DNA from: an uncultured Chloroflexia bacterium
Lineage (GTDB): Bacteria > Chloroflexota > Limnocylindria > Limnocylindrales > CSP1-4
Length of the DNA stretch: 64,000 bases
Direction: 5' to 3'
NCBI GenBank assembly: GCA_963776355.1
Contig: CAVZLU010000008.1
Coordinates: 1,870,151-1,934,150, forward strand
In this document: in pieces, positions 60,205-64,000 of the stretch
Layout: the number at the start of each line of letters is the position of its first letter
How positions within the stretch are numbered: the stretch's first letter is position 1
The notes under the pieces: generated by a model
Told to the model about the DNA's origin: nothing
What the model saw: only the letters and a program-made list of their open reading frames with translations
Databases searched by the model: none
Position numbers and translations under genes: made by a program

Positions 60205-61194
60205 ATGAACACCACGCTCTCCACCGGCGTCCGCTGCTTCAGCGGGATCCAGCCGTCGGGCGCGCCGCACATCGGCAACGACCTTGGCGCGATCCGCAAC
60301 TACGTCGCCCTCCAGGATCGCTTCGAGTCGATCTACTGCATCGTCGACTACCACGCCCTGACGAGCACCCACGAGCCCGATGTCCTGCGGCGCCGGACGC
60401 GGGAGATGGCCGCCGCCCTCCTGGCCCTGGGCCTCGATCCGGACCGCTGCACGGTCTTCGTCCAGAGCCATCGGCCGGAGGTGACCGAGCTGATGTGGCT
60501 GTTCGCGACCGTCACGCCGGTGAGCTGGCTCCTGCGGACCCCCACGTACAAGGAGAAACGCGCCACCCAGCCGGACGACGTCAACCACGGCCTGCTGACC
60601 TACCCGGTCCTCCAGGCCGCCGACATCGTGCTGTACAAGGCCAGCGTCGTGCCCGTCGGCCGGGACCAGGCCGCCCACCTCGAGCTCAGCCGGGAGATCG
60701 CGCGGGCGTTCAACAACCGCTACGGCGAGACGTTCCCGGAACCCCAGGCCGCCTACACCGAGGCCCCGGTCGTGCTCGGCACGGACGGCGTCCGCAAGAT
60801 GTCGAAGTCGATCGGGAACACCATCGAGATCTTCGCGCCCGAGGAGGAGATCCGGCGCCAGGTGATGGGGATGGTCACCGACACCCTGCGCATCAGGCGG
60901 ACAGATCCGGGGCACCCCGAGCGCTGCAACGTCTGCCAGCTCCATCGCTTCTTCGGCGACGACTACGCCGAGATCTGGGAAGGCGAGCGAACGGCGCGCA
61001 CCGGCTGCGTCGACACCAAGAAGCTGCTGGTCGAGCGGCTCCTGCGCCACTACGCGCCGGCCAGGGAGCGCTACGCCGACCTTGCCGCCCACCCGGAACG
61101 GGTGGATCGTGTCCTCGCGGAGGGGGCGGCAAGGCTGCAGCCGATCGCCCGGGCGACGATCGACGAGGTGCAGGCGAGGATGGGTCTGCGGTAG
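60205..61194 (+). CDS. trpS: tryptophan--tRNA ligase
   Basis: ATG 60205 within ORF 59698..61194. FSGIQPSGAPHIGN (HIGH-type), YPVLQAADIVLY, VPVGRDQAAHLEL, KMSKS. Confidence 0.95.
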   Translation: MNTTLSTGVRCFSGIQPSGAPHIGNDLGAIRNYVALQDRFESIYCIVDYHALTSTHEPDVLRRRTREMAAALLALGLDPDRCTVFVQSHRPEVTELMWLFATVTPVSWLLRTPTYKEKRATQPDDVNHGLLTYPVLQAADIVLYKASVVPVGRDQAAHLELSREIARAFNNRYGETFPEPQAAYTEAPVVLGTDGVRKMSKSIGNTIEIFAPEEEIRRQVMGMVTDTLRIRRTDPGHPERCNVCQLHRFFGDDYAEIWEGERTARTGCVDTKKLLVERLLRHYAPARERYADLAAHPERVDRVLAEGAARLQPIARATIDEVQARMGLR

Positions 61195-61322
61195 ACGCTC
61201 GTCCCGGGCACGCGCAGGTCGGCCCGGCGTCTCCCGCCCTGCTACGATCGTTTGGTGCCGGGCCCGCCCGGGTCCGGGCCACACCGGCCAGGCGCCGCAC
61301 GACCGAGGGTCGCACGAGAGCA

Positions 61323-62762
61323 GTGGACGAGCCGACGGAACCGCCACCCGCGCCGCCCCCTCCCGGGCCCGTCGCGCCGGAGTCCCCCTCGCCGGCCGCG
61401 CCGGCGTCGACGGCTCCCGAGCCCGCGCCCCCCGTCCCGCTGGCGGCGCTGCCCGCGTCCCCAACCGCGGCCGCGGCCGTCCTTTCGCCCCGCGAGCGAC
61501 GCTGGCTCGAGCTCCTTCTCATCCTCGGCTGCATCGCCCTGTTCTTCGTCGTGCTCGGCCAGCTGGCCGGCGTGTGGGCCGTCTTCTCCGACCTGATCCT
61601 CACCTTCTTCTTCGCCTGGCTCCTGGGGTTCATCCTGGAGCCGATCGCCGCCTGGCTGACCCGATTCATGCCCCGGGTCCTGGCGGTGACGATCGCCTAC
61701 GGGGCGGTGGCGATCGCGGCCTTCGGGCTCGTCGTCGTGGCCGCGTCGGCGCTCTTCACCTCGATCTCCGACTTTCTGAACAACCTGCCCCAGTTCCAGA
61801 AAGACCTCATCGCCCTGATCCGGCCCATCTCCGACCAGGTCACCGCGCTCGGCTTCGACAGGATCGACCTGTCGGCCCAGGTCGAGACGCTCCTGGGCTC
61901 GCTCGCGGCCCAGGCCCAGAACCTGCTCGGTCCGCTGCAGGACGTCGCCGTCGCCAGCGTCGGGTTCGTCGGCAATGTCCTGGTCGTCTTCTTCCTGGCG
62001 ATCTTCATCTCGATCGACCGGGCGGCGATCGGCTCGTTCCTGCTCCGCCTCGTGCCGCCCGCCTATGGCGCGGAGGCGCACCTTCTCTCCGAGAGCGTGG
62101 GCAGGTCGTTCGGCGGCTTCATCCGCGGCATGGTCGTGATCGGCGGGAGCTACGCCCTGGTTGCGCTCGCCTGCAACCTGGTGCTCGGCCTGGAGTACGC
62201 GGCCCTGACGACGACCGCCTCGGGCGTGCTGATGGCCATTCCCTTCTTCGGGCCCTTCGTCTCCTGGTCGCCGCCGGTCATCGTGGCCGCGGTGACGAAG
62301 CCCGATGTGCTCCTGCCCGCGATCCTGATCATGGGCGTTGGCTGGGTGATCAACCAGAACATCCTCCAGCCGCGGATCCTCGCCGGCGCCGTCGGCCTGC
62401 ACCCGGTCGTGGTGCTCGCGTCCGTGCTCATCGGCCTGAAACTCTTCGGCATCCCCGGCGCGGTGTTCGGCCTGCCCGTCGCCGCGGTGATCTCATCGTT
62501 CTTCTTCTACTTCCTGCGTCGCAACGCGAAGCTCGACGAGCGCACCGTCGCCGCCCGGGCGGCGCAGCGCGTCGCGGACCGGGACGGCCGGCCACGGCGC
62601 GTGCCGCGGGAGCCCCGGCCCGGCGAGGTGGAGGAGATCCTGGCCGAAGAGGTGGGCAGGCAGGTCGACACGGTGCTCGGCACGGCACGGCCCGGCACGG
62701 CCGGGGACGGGGGCCGCGTCGACCCGGCCGCCGGCTCGGCCGGCGGACCCGCTCCGGGATGA
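61323..62762 (+). CDS. AI-2E family transporter (UPF0118/PerM-like) with Pro/Ala-rich N-terminal extension
   Basis: Last 480 codons of ORF 58842..62762 from GTG 61323. Eight TM helices. GFIRGMVVIGGSYALVA, IPFFGPFVSWSPPVIVA, INQNILQPRILAGAVGLHPVVVLASVLIG. The start is uncertain. Confidence 0.8.
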   Translation: MDEPTEPPPAPPPPGPVAPESPSPAAPASTAPEPAPPVPLAALPASPTAAAAVLSPRERRWLELLLILGCIALFFVVLGQLAGVWAVFSDLILTFFFAWLLGFILEPIAAWLTRFMPRVLAVTIAYGAVAIAAFGLVVVAASALFTSISDFLNNLPQFQKDLIALIRPISDQVTALGFDRIDLSAQVETLLGSLAAQAQNLLGPLQDVAVASVGFVGNVLVVFFLAIFISIDRAAIGSFLLRLVPPAYGAEAHLLSESVGRSFGGFIRGMVVIGGSYALVALACNLVLGLEYAALTTTASGVLMAIPFFGPFVSWSPPVIVAAVTKPDVLLPAILIMGVGWVINQNILQPRILAGAVGLHPVVVLASVLIGLKLFGIPGAVFGLPVAAVISSFFFYFLRRNAKLDERTVAARAAQRVADRDGRPRRVPREPRPGEVEEILAEEVGRQVDTVLGTARPGTAGDGGRVDPAAGSAGGPAPG

Positions 62763-63535
62763 CGCGCCGCCCCCGGATCCTCGTCACCAACGACGACGGG
62801 ATCGAGTCGCGCGGGATCGCGGCGCTGCGGGGCGCCCTCGAGCCGATCGGCGAGGTGGTCGTGGTCGCGCCGGAGACGAACCAGAGCGCCGTCGGCCACA
62901 AGAAGACGATGTGGCGGCCGCTCCGGGTCCGCCAGCGAACGCTCTTCGACGGCTCGACGGGCTGGGCGGTGGACGGATCGCCCACCGATGCCGTCAGCCT
63001 CGCCTTCCTGGGGTTGGTCCCGGGGCCCTTCGACCTGGTCGCGGCCGGGATCAACCACGGCGCCAACGTCGGCGACGACATCACCTACTCGGGCACGGTC
63101 AGCGCCGCGATGGAGGGGGTCATCAACGGCTGTGCGTCGTTCGCGGTCAGCCACGAGGACTACGCACCGGAGGACTTCGGGCTGGCGATCGCGGCGGCGG
63201 CGACCGTGGCTCGGGGGATCCTCGAGCACGGCCTCGCCCCCGGCGAGCTCCTGAACGTGAACGTGCCTGCCATGCCGGCCGCCGAGGCCGAGGGGATCAT
63301 GGTCACCCGCCTCGGCAAGCGCATCTACCAGGACGAGCTGATCCGCCGCGAGGACCCGCGGGGCGTGCCCTACTACTGGTTCGGCGGCCCACCGCCGACG
63401 GGCGAGGGCGTCGAGGGCACCGACGTGTGGGCACTCCTGCACGGGCGCGTCTCGATGACCCCGATCCAGCTCGACCTCACGGCCGAGGGCGAGCTGGAGC
63501 GCCTCGGCAGCTGGGGCCTGGTGCTCGGCGAGTAG
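62759..63535 (+). CDS. surE: 5'/3'-nucleotidase SurE
   Basis: ATGA overlap with the previous stop. ILVTNDDGIESRGI, GSPTDAV, GINHGANVGDDITYSGTVSAAMEG. Confidence 0.93.
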   Translation: MTRRPRILVTNDDGIESRGIAALRGALEPIGEVVVVAPETNQSAVGHKKTMWRPLRVRQRTLFDGSTGWAVDGSPTDAVSLAFLGLVPGPFDLVAAGINHGANVGDDITYSGTVSAAMEGVINGCASFAVSHEDYAPEDFGLAIAAAATVARGILEHGLAPGELLNVNVPAMPAAEAEGIMVTRLGKRIYQDELIRREDPRGVPYYWFGGPPPTGEGVEGTDVWALLHGRVSMTPIQLDLTAEGELERLGSWGLVLGE

Positions 63536-63551
63536 CCGCCCGGGTTGAATC

Positions 63552-64000
63552 TCAGCGCCGCCTCCGGCGGTCGGCCAGGATCTCCCGGACCGCGTTGTGC
63601 GCCGGCGCGCCAGTTGCGCCGCCACCGGGATGAGCTCCGGGTCCGACGAGGTAGAGCCCCTCGAGGGGCATCCGGTAGCGCGCCCAGCCGGCGAGCGGCC
63701 GCCAGGCGAACCAGGCGTCGAGCCCCGGCTCCTGGTGGTAGGGGTGACCCCCGGTCAGGCCGTACTCCGCCTCCAGGTCAAGGGGCGTCAGCACCTCCCG
63801 GGCCGTGACGAGCGACGCGATGCCCGGGGCGACCTCCTCGAGGGCCGCGACGACCTTCTCGCCCAGGCCGGCTCGGGCGTGCTCCTCCCAGGCTCCGTCG
63901 CGCAGCCGGTACGGCGCGTACTGGACCAGGACGCTCAGGACGTGCCCGCCGTCGCGGGCGGCGAGGGACGGGTCGACCAGGGTCGGGATCGTCGCCTCCA
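63552..64000 (-). CDS. FAD-dependent oxidoreductase, phytoene-desaturase (CrtI)-like; C-terminal fragment, N-terminus beyond the right edge
   Basis: ORF 63552..63794 plus hand translation upstream, open to 64000: EATIPTLVDPSLAARDGGHVLSVLVQYAPY...LTPLDLEAEYGLTGGHPYHQE...LYLVGPGAHPGGGATGAPAHNA. Confidence 0.75.
   Translation of the reverse strand, partial: EATIPTLVDPSLAARDGGHVLSVLVQYAPYRLRDGAWEEHARAGLGEKVVAALEEVAPGIASLVTAREVLTPLDLEAEYGLTGGHPYHQEPGLDAWFAWRPLAGWARYRMPLEGLYLVGPGAHPGGGATGAPAHNAVREILADRRRRR

Noticed and set aside
58842-61322. First 827 codons of the 1306-aa plus ORF 58842..62762
   Set aside because: It overlaps hom (antisense) and trpS (out of frame). Only the last 480 codons (the AI-2E transporter) look like a protein.

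Overview
This is a 64-kb chromosomal window from a very GC-rich bacterium. Hand-counted 100-nt samples give about 75% GC in the main body. Gene content looks Gram-positive/actinobacterial: LCP ligases, hom-thrC-thrB, and lysC with an internal beta-subunit start. All functions are assigned from motifs I recognise in the translations; no searches were run.

Layout, left to right:
- 1-3.4 kb: three minus-strand genes, namely a methyltransferase-like hypothetical truncated by the window edge, a TPR protein and a polytopic membrane protein.
- 3.5-8.9 kb: DNA polymerase X, then two tandem diguanylate cyclases.
- 9.2-11.8 kb: a pore-less MgtE-type cytosolic module directly followed by an atypical Nramp transporter.
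- 11.8-34.8 kb: a large cell-envelope glycan locus. It holds UDP-sulfoquinovose synthase, an epimerase, a Wzx flippase, GT2/GT4/GT-C-like transferases, Wzy/ligase-like proteins, a priming phosphotransferase, two LCP ligases and a YeiH-type exporter.
- 34.9-42.1 kb: a compositionally distinct cassette (about 58-64% GC in hand counts) of six polysaccharide genes. Five of them are shattered by multiple frameshifts.
- 42.1-54.8 kb: a long co-directional minus-strand string with mostly overlapping stops and starts: fabG-fabH-accB-fabF-metallophosphoesterase-fabZ-accC-(Lys-less BCCP paralogue)-accA-accD-anti-sigma-ECF sigma-birA-lysC.
- 55-64 kb: dienelactone hydrolase, SDR, thrB-thrC-hom, trpS, an AI-2E transporter, surE and a truncated CrtI-like oxidoreductase.

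No rRNA, tRNA, CRISPR array, transposase or integrase was recognised.

Besides the decayed cassette, at least nine single-nucleotide frame disruptions interrupt otherwise conserved genes. They hit envelope and regulatory genes but none of the core metabolic genes. Sequencing error and real gene decay cannot be separated without reads.

Many long ORFs in the supplied track are Arg/Pro/Gly-rich antisense or out-of-frame shadows typical of high-GC DNA and were rejected.
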